A model generated the notes under the pieces. That model ran no database searches, was not told the DNA's origin, and saw only the letters and a program-made list of their open reading frames with translations. A DNA stretch of 64,000 bases from Chiloscyllium plagiosum. Taxonomy: Eukaryota. The DNA is taken from contig NC_057718.1 in assembly GCF_004010195.1 (NCBI RefSeq), forward strand, positions 6,767,240 to 6,831,239, given 5' to 3'. Below are positions 12,090-23,940 of the stretch, piece by piece. Position 1 is the stretch's first letter; every line of letters starts with the position of its first letter. The position numbers and the translations under genes are program-made.

Positions 12090-12290
12090 GATCACTGGCC
12101 ACCTTCTTCCTTCCTGGGATCACTTTTAATGACAGATGGAACCATCAACTCACACAATACTTCACTGGAGTGTCATCCCTGGGGTTTGCACACTTGCCTG
12201 AAAGTGGAAATTCGGTCTTCCAATTCAGAGACAAAAATGCTTCCACCTGGGCCATATTTGTAGCTAGTTGGATATTTAGCTGGTCCAGGT
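12090..12290 (-). mobile_element. Old Deu-domain (SacSINE1/AmnSINE1-like) SINE relic
   Basis: The minus strand has GATGACACTCCAGTGAAGTATTG, similar to the Deu-type relics at about 31600-31860 and 36880-37120. Confidence 0.5.
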
Positions 12291-12424
12291 ATCCAGATAC
12301 GTTAGCTCACAATCCACAGGAACAAATTGAAAGGGAGATAATAAAACTGATGATATTATCACATTGCTGTGCATACGGGTTTGTAGTCTGTCTGATGCCC
12401 GCTTCTTTTCCAACATTGCACAGT

Positions 12425-12705
12425 GAGGGATTGTCTTAGGAGGAGAGATTCGACTATTTGGGCATGTACTCGTTGGAATATAGAAGCACGAAAGGTGACC
12501 TTACTGAAACGTATAGGATTTTGAGAGGACTTGACTGTTTAAATGTGATGTTGTTTCCCTGTGGGAGACTCAAGATGGTATAGTCTCGGAGTACGTGATC
12601 ATGTACTTAAGACAGAGATCAAGAGGGATTTCTTCTCAGAGAATAAAGAATCTGTGGAATTCTTTACCACAGAGGACTGCAGAGGCTGGGTCATTAAGTA
12701 CATCG
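12425..12705 (+). mobile_element. CR1 LINE 3' fragment
   Basis: Degenerate L..LGMYSLEYRSTKGDLTETYRIL reading and GAATCTGTGGAATTCTTTACCACAGAG. Confidence 0.75.
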
Positions 12706-12722
12706 GTATGTTAAGGAGATGA

Positions 12723-13050
12723 GGGGAGGTGATGGCCTAATGGTAATGTTGCTGAACTGTTAATTGAGAGATCCAGGTAATGCTGTGGGGACTTCGGTTC
12801 AAATAGTGCTATGGCAGGTGGTGGGATTTAAATTCAATAAAAAAATCTGGAATTCCAACTGTCAAATATCAGGAAAGCCCACCTGGTTCACCACTGCCCT
12901 TTAGGGAAGGAACTCTACCATTGTTACTTGGTCTGGCTGACATTTGACTCCAGACCCACAGCAATGTAGTTGGCTTTGAACTGTCCTCTGGGCAATTAGG
13001 GATGGGCAATAAATGCTGGGCTTAGTCAGTGATGCTCTAGTCTCATGAAC
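12723..13050 (+). mobile_element. tRNA-derived SINE (second family), full length
   Basis: Head GGGAGGTGATGGCCTAATGG..GGTTCAAAT, core TTAGGGAAGGAA..GACTCCAGACCCACAGCAATG, tail GGGCAATAAATGCTGG. Confidence 0.8.
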
Positions 13051-13189
13051 ACATTTTTTTAAAATCCAACTATTGGATAGACACATTTTTAATCAGTAAC
13101 GGAAACAAGGGTTATGGGGAGAAGACAAGTAAGTGGAGTTGAGGATTGTCAGATCCACCATGATCACATTGAATGGATGAAAACATAGT

Positions 13190-14117
13190 TTTGGATGAAA
13201 AGGCATTAGTAAGTTTACAGATGACACAAAAGTTGAGGGGTTGTGGGTAGTGTGAAAGGTTGTCAAAGGATACAGCAGGATATAGATCGGTTGGAGAAAT
13301 GAGCGGAGAAATGGAACTTGGAGTTTAATCTGGGTAAGTGCAAGGTGTTGCACTTTGGGAGATCAAATGTTAAAGGAAAGCATACAGTTAATGGCAGGAC
13401 CCCGATCAGCTTTGGTCTACAGAGGGTTCTTGGGGTTCAAGTCCATAGCTCCCTGAAAGTGTCACACAAGTAGGTAGGGTGGCAAAGAAGGAAAATGGCA
13501 TGCTTGCCTTTATCGGTCAGGGAATTGAGTACAAGAGTCAAGATGACATGTTGCAGCTTTCGTTAGGCCACACTTAAGAGTTCTGGGTTCAATTCTGGTT
13601 GCCATGTGACAGGAAGGATGTGGAGGCTTTGGAAAGGGTGCAGAAGGGGTTTACAAGGATGCTGCCTGGATTAGAGGGTATGAGCTATAATGAGAGGCTG
13701 GACAGACTAGAGTTGGTTTCTTTAGAGTAGCAGAGGCTGAGAGGAGACCTGATATAAGTCTATAATATCATGAGCCGCATAGACAGGGTTGATGGTCAGA
13801 AACTTTTCTCCAGAGTTGAAATGTCTAATACTGTGGGTGGGGGGCCATGCATTTAAGATGAGAAGGGAAAAGTTCAAATGAGACACAAGATTTGGACACA
13901 GGTGGTAGGTGCTGGAATGCGCTGTCAGGGATAGTGGTGGAGGCAGAAATGAGAGGGGCATTTATGGAGCTTTTAGATAAGCACATGAATCAGCAGAATG
14001 GTGGGAAGTGGATCATGGGCAGTCGGAAGGGATTAGTTTAATTTGGCATGATGTTTGGCACAATACTGTGGGCAAAGGGCCTGTTCCTGTGCTGTATTGT
14101 CTTATGTTCTATGTTCT
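13190..14117 (+). mobile_element. CR1 LINE RT-to-3' fragment
   Basis: ISKFTDDTKV, FNLGKCKVLHFG and RMLPGL readings, ending in an (atgttct) tail. Confidence 0.88.
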
Positions 14118-15463
14118 AATAGCAGAGTTGACTTGATGGGCTGAATGGCCTAATTCTGCTCCTGTGTCTTATGGAGTTATGACTACATTTCAAAAAGTGA
14201 CTCAATGACTGTAAAGCATTTAGAGTTGCCTGGTGTCTGTGATGAGTCCCATACAAATGCAAAACTTTCTTTTTAGTTAAACTAAAACAACAGAAAAGAA
14301 AACCCACTTTCCCTGCTTTCCCACTTTCTCGTATTTCCATGGAGAAATGTGCTGTCTTTGTTGTGATTTGTGATTACTGTTTTCCAGTGTGTTCGGGAAA
14401 AGTTATGAGAGCTTAACCATCCACTCACAAATCATTGCAGGGTGTGTTTGCCAATGTTCATTAATAACTCCAGCCACCATGAATTTATTTAGTTATGCTT
14501 TTCTTATATTAGTACATATTCTGGTATTGACTCACCCAAGAGAGCAGTTCCAAGGACAATGGTTGGTTTTTCCTTCCTCATCGAAAGAGGCCTTCAGTCA
14601 GCAGTTTATTCACCATAGCCTGGCTCAGTGTTACATCAGCTCAGGCAGAGGACACTGTGTACAACAGTGCAGTAGCTGTGGCACACGGGGCGTACCAACA
14701 TCTCAGTGGTCAGGTGATCAGATTATACAGAAATCACCCAGAATTCATCCCCACTACTTGTTAACGAATGAAGACTTCATTTCTATGCTCTACTTTCATA
14801 CTGGCATTCAAGGATTTCTCTCTTTAAAGAGAGACGCAAGAGGCAGCGGGAAAGGTCTTAGTTGGGAGCATGGGAGGGGTGGAGGGTTTCTACCAATGGA
14901 CGTGAACCCCCTTTCCTCACTCTCATCTGGTAACAGCTGGCACATCAAATGTTGAAGGGCATCTTACATGGCATGAGCAACCCCTTGCCTGGTATAGATG
15001 TGGGCTGTGGATGAGACAATTAAGTGACCATACATTGCCCTATCCAGAATTAGAGATTACATCATAAGTTAAGGTCAGCCAATTTCAAGCAAGAGTTTTG
15101 GCTCAGCATACCTTACTCGCTGGATGCCAAGTTAGACTGAATGCATGGAGCTGAATTCATGAAACCTTACTGCAGTCAGAGGCATGGACAATAAAGGAGA
15201 ATTAAGAACAATTGATATCTACGAGATACCAATGTATCTGCCGTTCTTGTCCTTCTAGGTGAAAGTGGTGGTGGATTTGGCAGATGGCAGTGAAGCTGTC
15301 CACTGTCCTCTGGATGGTGTTAATTGTCTTGAATATCATTGGAAGTACATTTATCCAAGCAGGTGGACAGTGTTCCATCACATGCCAAAATTGTCTCCTG
15401 GAGAATTTTGCAAGGATGCCATTAATTCATTTGGAAACATTAACTAGGAAATGGACGGTTTGA

Positions 15464-16182
15464 TTGTTAGGGGTTCTTTCACGACTTGAAGGAAACATGG
15501 AACTGTGTGGTCTTTGGTTTTTTGTAGGGAAGCTGGATTTGGTATGTTTGTGAGACTAGCGTGACAATATGATGGCTTTAAGAGATGTAAATTGTCCTGG
15601 GCTTTTTTTGAAGAGAGGTTTTAAGACAGAGGCGCTGAGTTGTCTCCTTGGATCCAATAAAGTAATCAGCTTGTGAGGTCTTGGGATTTTTTTTTAAAAA
15701 GGAGGAACAATAGAAAAAGCCTGAACAAGTGGGGCAAGCTCCCCCAGAACCAGGATTCTTAGTTTTGGTTTTCAGTTGTTGGGGTCTTGAAGCTGAGGTA
15801 CATCTTACCCTGCGACTCTCTCTCTCAGAGTTTCCTCTTGGTATTTTTCCTGCTGAACTGGAGAATTGCATCAGAGACATTTTACTTTATTGAATTTGCC
15901 TTTGCCAAAGACGTGTTTATGGAATGTTACTGTATTGAAACAGTTACTGCTTAATAGTTAAATAATCCATTATTGTGTTAAGTTTTCCAATAGAGTTAAG
16001 TTATTCAAATTTCTTCTTTGTTTTATTGTGAATGAATAATGTTTTGTTTCAAGGCTAGTGGTTTGACCAATCGAATTGCATCTGGAACACAACACCTTAC
16101 ATATTCCTTCAAAATAAGAAAATGTTAGGGTCTAAGCTACCTAATGAATATATTTTGAGGGGGTTTGATCTGATCCAGAGCA
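15464..16182 (+). mobile_element. Probable LTR of a Gypsy-type element
   Basis: Begins TGTTAG and ends CA, is T-rich and non-coding, and lies just upstream of protease and RT relics on the same strand. Confidence 0.5.
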
Positions 16183-16619
16183 CTCACTGACACTTTGGAT
16201 AACTTTGGGTTAAAAAGCAACTGCATAGCAACAAAACCCCTTTTTCTTCAGATGATACAACTTTTTACTTCTTTTTTCATTCACAGGATGAGGGTGTCGC
16301 TGGCGAGGCAGCATTTATTGCCCATCCCTAATTGCCCAGAGGGCAGTTAAGAGTCACCCACATTGTTTTGGGTCTGGAGTCACATGTAGGCCAGACCAGG
16401 TAAGGATGGCAGTTTCCTTCCCTAAAGGGCAAGATGGTTTTTTTCCTGACAATCGACAATGGATTCATGGTCATCATTAGATTCTTAATTCCAGATTTAT
16501 TATTGAATCCAAGTTCCGCCATCTGCCATGGCGGGATTCAAACCCAGGTCCCCAGAACATTACCTGGGTCTCTGGATTAACAGTCCAGTGGTAATATCAC
16601 CAGGCCATCACCTCCCCTA

Positions 16620-18060
16620 AATCTATAAATATGTTAAGGGATACAGGAGATACCCAAACAGTTTTGCTAAGGAGGGCTTAGTTTTTACTCAAAGAGTTTG
16701 TTAAAAGAAGAAACTTTAATAACAGGGTCAGTGGAGAGTACAATTCCTTTATACAAGTGCACTTAGAAATTGACTTAATGTCCAGAGCCCTGGGGATAAG
16801 TTTTCACAAATTCCCCTTGCATGGAGTTGACTTACTCCTCGGGAGTAATTTGGCTGAAATGAAAGATATAGCTATGCCTAAACTCCCCAAATAAGGCTAA
16901 AGACACAGCACAGGTAGCTTAGATTCCCTACAGTGTGGAAACAAGCCCTTCGGCCCAACCAGTCCACACCAACCCTCCAAAAAGTAACCCACCCAGACCC
17001 ATTTCCCTCTGACTGATGCACCTAGTACTATGGACAATTTAGCAGGGCCAATTCACCTGACCTGCACATCTTTGGACTGTGGGAGGAAACCAGAGCACCC
17101 GGAGGAAACCCACCCAGACATGGGGAGAATGTGCAAACTCCACACAGACAGTCGCCTGAGGCTGAAATCGAACCTGGGACACTAGTGCTGTGAGGTAGCA
17201 GTGCGAACTACTGAGCCACCATGCTGCCCAATGTTCCAGATTTCTCTCCATTGTGTATAGTGACTAGAGCAATGGCTAAACAAGTTCAATACCAGAGGCC
17301 AGAGCAATGCTACAGGCAAATGTTTTTTGGGGGTGTCATTCCGAATAAAACAACATCCCGATTGTTTCAACTTGGAAAACAGAGATTCAATAGGTGCTAG
17401 AAAATCGCCTAATGGAGTTTATTGGTGGCATTAGTTTTTAAACTGGATGAGGGGACTAGTTTCTGCACTGACTGGAGGAATGTCAATGCAGTAATGAAAA
17501 CAGATTCATCCCCAGTTCTTCATAAGATTGCTCTGAATGGGACGTCTGGGTCTCACTCTTTACCAAGTTCGACCTATTGAAGGGGCAATGACAGTCACCA
17601 TTAAACATCAAGAGGTAAAGAGCTATCAACATTTGTTACACCAAATGGTTATATCACTGTTGAATCATGCCATTTTGGCTAAAGGTGCCCCAACTTCATT
17701 CAAAAGACTTTTGAATCAAGTTGTAGCTACTGTGCCTAACTGTACAGTTTATTCAGACAATAATATAATAAACGGTATCACCCGGGAAGAACATATGAGA
17801 AGACTTACGTAAGTAATTACAGCTAAATAATAAATCTTGCCAGAAATAAGGGTTACCAATCTCTGACACATTGTAGGACAGGGTAAGTGTTACCAAGAAC
17901 AGTGAATCCGAAAACTCTGATACAATTCCCCATTCCTAAAATTAAATGGAAAGCCATGAGATTTCTTGGGATGTGTTGTTTTTATCGGAAGTTCATCTTG
18001 TCTTCAGCACCTTAGATGTATCTTCAACAAAATTAGTGAAAACAGGCAGAGCTAATCTGG
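16620..18060 (+). mobile_element. Degenerate Gypsy pol remnant (protease and RT), split by an HE1 SINE
   Basis: INMLRDTGDTQTVLL at 16626, PLHGVDLLLGSNLA at about 16815, CIVTRAMAKQ at about 17253, APTSFKRLLNQVVATVPNCTVYSD and MRFLGMCCFYRKF. Confidence 0.8.
16918..17230 (-). mobile_element. HE1-type SINE
   Basis: Full HE1 pattern on the minus strand. Confidence 0.9.
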
Positions 18061-18076
18061 TCAAACATGTACCTAG

Positions 18077-18228
18077 CTGAAAATGTGTTGCTGGAAAAGT
18101 GCAGCAGGTCAGGCAGCATCCAGGGAACAGGAGAATCGACGTTTCGGGCATAAGTCCTTCTTCAGGAATGAGGAAAGTGTGTCCAGCAGGCTAAGATAAA
18201 AGGTAGGGAGGAGGGACTTGGGGGAGGG
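18077..18228 (-). mobile_element. Penelope pLTR fragment with hammerhead motif at 18138-18165
   Basis: The minus strand reads CTGAAGAAGGACTTATGCCCGAAACGTC. Confidence 0.8.
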
Positions 18229-18745
18229 AAAGATGTTGTAAAACTTGAAAGGGTTCAGAAAAGATTTACAAGGATGTTGCCAGGGTTGGAGGATTTGAGC
18301 TATAGGGAGAGGTTGAATAGGCTGGGGCTGTTTTCCCTGGAGCGTCGGAGGCTGAGGGGTGATCTTATAGAGGTTTATAAAATCATGAGGGGCATAGATA
18401 AGATAAATAGACAATGTCTTTTCCCTGGGATCAGGGAGTCCAGAACTAGAGGGCATAGGTTTAGGGTGAGAGGGGAAAGTTATAAAAGAGACCAAAGGGA
18501 CAACCTTTTCACACAGAGGGTGGTACGGGTATGAAATGAGCTGCCAGAGGATGTGTTGGAGGCTGGTACAATTGCAACATTTAAAAAGCATCTGGATGGG
18601 TATATGATAGGAAGGGTTTGGAGGGAATGTGGGCCAGGTGCTGGCAGGTGGGATTAGATTGGGTTGGGATATCTGGTCGGCATGGACGGGTTGGACCAAA
18701 GGGTCTGTTTCCGTACTGTAGCTCTCTATGACTCCATGACTCTAT
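18229..18745 (+). mobile_element. CR1 (HER1-like) 3' fragment, relatively young
   Basis: ORF MLPGLEDLSYRERLNRLGLFSLERRRLRGDLIEVYKIMRGID, with an (atgactct) tail. Confidence 0.92.
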
Positions 18746-18856
18746 GAATGGATGTAATGTTTTCTACATTTTATTGTGTACATGTCACGTTTATCATCTG
18801 GTGAAATGCATTCAGAAATGACATTGCATCTTAAAGTGCGGATGGTGTAAGCACTA

Positions 18857-19053
18857 CAGAGGAACATCGATTTTCTGTAGGACGCAGACAGGGACTATTT
18901 CATTCAGTTAATCCAATTCCAGATTCCAAGTAAATCGATTTCTGGACAATCAAATGCCGGATAACATATTTTAGCCAAGCATCGGGACATCGCGATCTTG
19001 CCGGATAATCCAATATTTGGATAATTAAATGTTGGATAATCGAGGTTCCTCTG
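18857..19053. mobile_element. pogo/Tigger-type MITE
   Basis: TIRs CAGAGGAACATCGATTTTC and CAGAGGAACCTCGATTATC (17/19 match). TA on the left flank and subterminal GGATAAT repeats. Confidence 0.75.
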
Positions 19054-19064
19054 AATATATATTT

Positions 19065-21370
19065 TAAACAGACACAGGAAATAGAAGCAGGAGTAGACTA
19101 TTTGGTCCATTGAACCTGCTCTGTCATTCAACATAATCATGGCTGATCCTTTATCTCAACAACAAACTCCTACACTTTCCCCATACCTTTTTATACCTTT
19201 AGTCTGTTCATATCTATTTCTTTCTTAAGTATATTCAGTGACTTGGGACTTTTTTTTCACTGAAGCGTAGGAGGTCGAGAGGCGACCTTATCGAAGTTTA
19301 CAAAGTAATGAGATGTATAGGTAGGGATCATGGTAGTTGTCTTTTCCCAAGGATTGGGGACTTCAAGACTAGGGGGCACATTCTAAATTTTAAAACGACA
19401 CAGGGGGGAAAATTGCTTATCCAGAGAGTGGTTCTTGTGTGGAATAAACTTCCTGAGGAAGTGGTGGATGTGGGTATAATAACAATGTTAAAGAGATATT
19501 TGGATTGTTTTGGATATGAGTCAGGAGCAGGCAGGTGGGACTTGTTTAGTCTGGGATTATGGTCAGCATGTGCTAGTTGGACCGAAGGGTCTGTTTCCTA
19601 ACTGTAAGACTCTATGATTGTATGCCTTCACTCACTACTTTCTGTGGTAGAGAATTCCACAGGTTGACCACTGTTTGATGGAAACATTTCTCCTCATCTC
19701 AGTCTGAAATAACTGATTGCATGTTCTGAGACTTTGACTCCTTCTTCTGGACCCCCTAGCCTGGGGAAACATGATGCCCACATCCAGACTGTCCACCCCA
19801 TTAGAATTTTATAAGTTTCAATGAAATCGGACCTCATTCTTTTAAACATCAGTGAATACAGACCTAATCTTTCCTCATAAAATAAACCTGCTGAAGACCT
19901 TATGCTTGAAACGTTGACTCCTACTTCTCAGATGCTGCCTGACCAGCCGTGCTTTTCCAGTGCCAGATTTTTTGACTTTGATCTCCAGCATTTGCAGTCT
20001 TAATTTTATCCTGCTATCTTTAGTCTGGTGAATTTTGGTTGTACTGTCTCTGTTGCAAATAAAAATTTTCTTATGTAAGGTGAATAAAAAATACACTGGG
20101 ACATTGGAGGCAGTTCAGAAAAGGGTCACTAGCCTAATCGCAGATATGGAGAGACTACACTATGGGGAGAGGTTAAGTAGGTTGGGCCTATGCTCATTGA
20201 AGTTCAGAAGAATGGGAGGTGACCTATTGAAGCCTACAAAATTCCGACAGGACTTGAAGGGTAGATGCAGAATGGCTGTTAGCCCTTGTAGGCAAGTCTG
20301 GGACCAGAGGGTATATTCTCAGATTAAGGAGTCGCATATTTAAGACAGAGATGAGGAGGAATTTCTTCTCTTAGGAGGTTGTGAATCTGAGAAATTCTTT
20401 ACCACAGAGAGTTGTCGAGATTGAGTATATTCAAGGATGACATAGACAGATTGCCAGTTAATTGGTAAGGGAATCGAAGGTGGTGGCAAAAAGACAGGAA
20501 AGTTGAGTTGAAGATTATGCTTTCATTGAATTGTGAAGCAGATTCAGAGAGCTGAATGGCCTATTTCCATTTTATAGTCTAAAACAGCACACGTATTCCA
20601 GGTGTGGTCTCACCAAGGCACAGTACAGGTGCAGGAAGATATCCCTGCTCCTGTTCTCGAAATGTCTTGCAATGAACACCAATATACCATGTGTCTTCGT
20701 GAGCACTGAGAGCACGTGCAGATTTTCTTTCAGTGACTGGTGTACAAGCACATGCAGGTCTCAATCTATCTCAACTTTTCTCAATCCATCCTTATTTAAA
20801 TAATATTCTGACAGGTTGACATTTTCTCCTATCACATATTAGCTATGTATTTACACACTCACTCAGCTTGTCTAATTTTCCCCGAAGGCTTTTTACACCA
20901 TATTCCTGATGAAGGGCTTATGCCCGAAATATCTATTCACCTGCTCCTCGGATGCTGCCTGAACTACTGTGCTTTTACAGAACCACACTCTTGACTCTGA
21001 TCTCCAGCATCTGCACTCCTCACTTTCTCCCAGCTTTTTACATTCGCCTAACCACTCATCCTCCCATCTAGTTTGTCTATCAGCAAACCTCAAACTATTA
21101 TATTTGATTGTTTCATCCAAATCACTGATATTTGTCATGAACAGCTGGGGACAAGGACTGATCCTTGTGACATTGTACTTGTCACCAACTTCCACTCTAA
21201 GAATGAGCAAAACATTCTACTGTCCGTGTCCTGTCTGCTAACCAATTTTCCATCTATGCGAATATATTACATCTCATCCCATCTGCTTTAAGATTGCACA
21301 GCCTCTAATGTGGGACTATATCAAAAGCTGTCTGACAATCCCAATACACCACATCAACTGGTTCTCCCCC
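19065..21370. mobile_element. Cluster of nested CR1 fragments in both orientations, with pLTR inserts at about 19890-20000 and 20898-21032
   Basis: ORFs RVVLVWNKLPEEVV, ERLSRLGLCSLKFRRMGGDL and PQLFMTNISDLDE..FAD. The insert at 20898-21032 is flanked by GCTTTTTACA. Confidence 0.8.
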
Positions 21371-22403
21371 ATGTTTCCAACACTGGAAAATGGAAGTTTC
21401 AAATTTCTTGACAAGTGGGCCTTGACAAAGGAAAAGTGGGACTTTATTGATGTTCATTCATTGGCTGCAAAAGGAGATGCAAAATTACTGGAAGTGGATT
21501 TGATATTTATGTGAGACCAGTTGTCACCAGGCCTTAGCAGTAAAATAAAAAAAAATCACTCAGCAATAGTTTTAAGATTGGTTTTAACTTGTTGTTAGTC
21601 CCAGGCCTGAGGGGTAGTTATACATAGATCTCAGAAAGCCTGAAAAGAAAATCAGATCTGCCTTTCTGTCTACCTGTCTCTCTTTTCCTTTCTCTCTCTC
21701 TCTCTCTGTCTGTCCTTCCCAACTCTCTCTCCGTCCTTCCCAACTCTCTCTCCCCCTCCAATCTTGGAAGAACACCAAAACTAAAAGACTCTGAAAAGAA
21801 CCTCTAACTCAAGCAGAAAATGCCCAGGTCCAATAAGTTACTGAACTGAATATTGCTGCAGTCAGCAGGATAACATTGTCAAAAAATGCCTAAAGAACTG
21901 TGAGAAAGGTTTCTCATTTCACCCCTTGTTGTTTGGATTCGGAGTCAACAATTGTTTACTCACCTTTTGCCTGTATTCCTCCCCCACTATATTTCTCCAA
22001 AACTCTATCTTTTCCATGCCAACCAGATATCCTCAATTAATCTAGTCCCACTTGCCAGCATTTGGCCCATATCCCTTTAAACTCTTCCTATAAACGTACA
22101 CATCCAGATGCCATTGAAATGTTGTAATTGCACCAGCCTCCACCACTTCCTCTGGCAGCTCATTCCATACACGAAACCACCCTGTGTTTTCCCTTATGAC
22201 CCTTTTATATCTTTCCCCTCTCACCTCAAACCTATGCCCTCTAATTCTGGACTCCCATACCCTGGGGAAAAGGCCTTGGCTATTTACCCTATCAATGCCC
22301 CTCATGATTTTATAAACATGTATAAGGTCACCCCTCAGTCTCCGATGCTCCAGGGAATACAGGCCCAGCCTATTCATCTCTCCCTTTAACTCAAACCCTC
22401 CAA

Positions 22404-23482
22404 GGGATAGGATTTATGAACATCTGGATAGGAATAATGTGATCAAGGATAGTCAGCATGGTTTTGTGAAGGGCAGGTCGTGCCTCACAAACCTTATTGA
22501 ATTCTTTGAGAAGGTGACTAAGGAGGTAGACGAAGGTAAAGCAGTAGATGTGGTGTATATGGATTTTAGTAAGGCGTTTGAGAAGGTTCCCCATGGTAGA
22601 CTACTGCAAAAAATACAGAGGTATGGCATTGAGGGCGAGTTGGAGGTTTGGATTAGGAATTGGCTGGATGGAAGAAGACAGAGGGTAGTAGTTGATGGCA
22701 AAGGTTCATCTTGGAATGCCGTCACTTACTCAAAGGTCTGAGCCATGAAGGCACGTGTGCTAAATGCCTTCTTAACGGTGTGTGAAGAATGATGTACCTG
22801 AACACCCGAGGTCTCTCTGATCTATAACTATTTTGAAAGTTGCCACCCAGGTAAATAGTGCGGTGAAGAAGGCATATGGCGTACTGGCTTTTATTGGTAG
22901 AGGAATTGAGTTCTGGAGTACTGAGGTCATGTTGCAGTTGTATAAGACTCTGGTGCGGCCGCATCTGGAGTATTGTGTGCAGTTTTGGTCGCCATACTAT
23001 AGGAAGGATGTGGAGGCACTGGAACGGGTGCAGAGGAGGTTTACCAGGATGTTGCCTGGTATGGTAGGAAGATCGTATGAGGAAAGGCTGAGGCACTTGG
23101 GGCTGTTTTCATTGGAGAAAAGAAGGTTTAGGGGTGACTTGATAGAGTTGTACAAGATGATTAGGTGTTTAGATAGGGTTGACCATGAGAACCTTTTTCC
23201 ACGTAAGGAGTTAGCTATTACGAGGGGGCATAGCATTAAATTAAGGGGTGGTAGGTATAGGACAGATGTTAGGGGTAGGTTCTTTACTCAGCGAGTCATG
23301 AGTTCGTGGAATGCCCTGCCAGTAGCAGTGGTGGACTCTCCCTCTTTATGGGCATTTAAACGGGCATTGGATAGGCATATGGAGGATAGTGGGCTAGTGT
23401 AGGTTAGGTGGGCTTGGATCAGCGCAACATCGAGGGCCAAAGGGCCTGTACTGTGCTGTATTTTTCTATGTTCTATGTTCTA
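22404..23482 (+). mobile_element. Young CR1 copy, 5'-truncated and internally rearranged
   Basis: Clean ORFs SQHGFVKGRSCLTNLIEFFE..DFSKAF (22439-22725) and KVATQV..LVRPHLEYCVQFWSP..WNALP (22833-23402), with a (ttctatg) tail. Confidence 0.95.
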
Positions 23483-23512
23483 TAACCCTGACAACGCCCT
23501 TGTAAATCCTTG

Positions 23513-23940
23513 CAGCGGCATGGTGGCTCAGTGGTTAGCGCTGTTGCCTCACAGCGCCAGGGACCTGGGTTCGATTCCAGCCTCAGGCTTCTGTCTGTGT
23601 GGAGTTTGCACATTCTCCCCGTGTCTGTGTGGATTTGGTCTGGTTTCATCCCACAATCCAAAGATGTGCAGGTCAGGTGAACTGGTCATGCTAAATTGCC
23701 TGTAGTGTTAGGTGCATTGGTCAGAGGGAAATGGGTCTGGGTGGGTTTCTCTTTGGAGGGTTGGTGTGGACTGGTTGGGCCAAAGGCAAAAGTGAGTACT
23801 GGAGATTAGAGTCAAAAGTGTGGTGCTGGAAAAGCTCAGTAGGTCAGGCAGCATCTGAGGAGCAGGAAAATCGACATTTCAGGCAAAAGGCCTTCAACAG
23901 GGCCAAAGGTTCTGTTTTCACATGTAGGGAATCTAATCAA
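23513..23940 (+). mobile_element. HE1-type SINE interrupted by a Penelope pLTR (23787-23899)
   Basis: HE1 motifs on both sides of the insert. TSD GGGCCAAAGG at 23777-23786 and 23900-23909. Confidence 0.88.

Noticed and set aside
12154..12197. 44-nt candidate minus exon with AG/GTGAGT borders
   Set aside because: It lies inside a Deu-type SINE relic and the peptide is unrecognisable.
14389..14955. 188-aa plus ORF after TTTTCCAG
   Set aside because: No recognisable domain or partner exons, so it is not called as a CDS.
18109..18699. 196-aa minus ORF
   Set aside because: Antisense shadow of the plus-strand CR1 fragment and adjacent pLTR.
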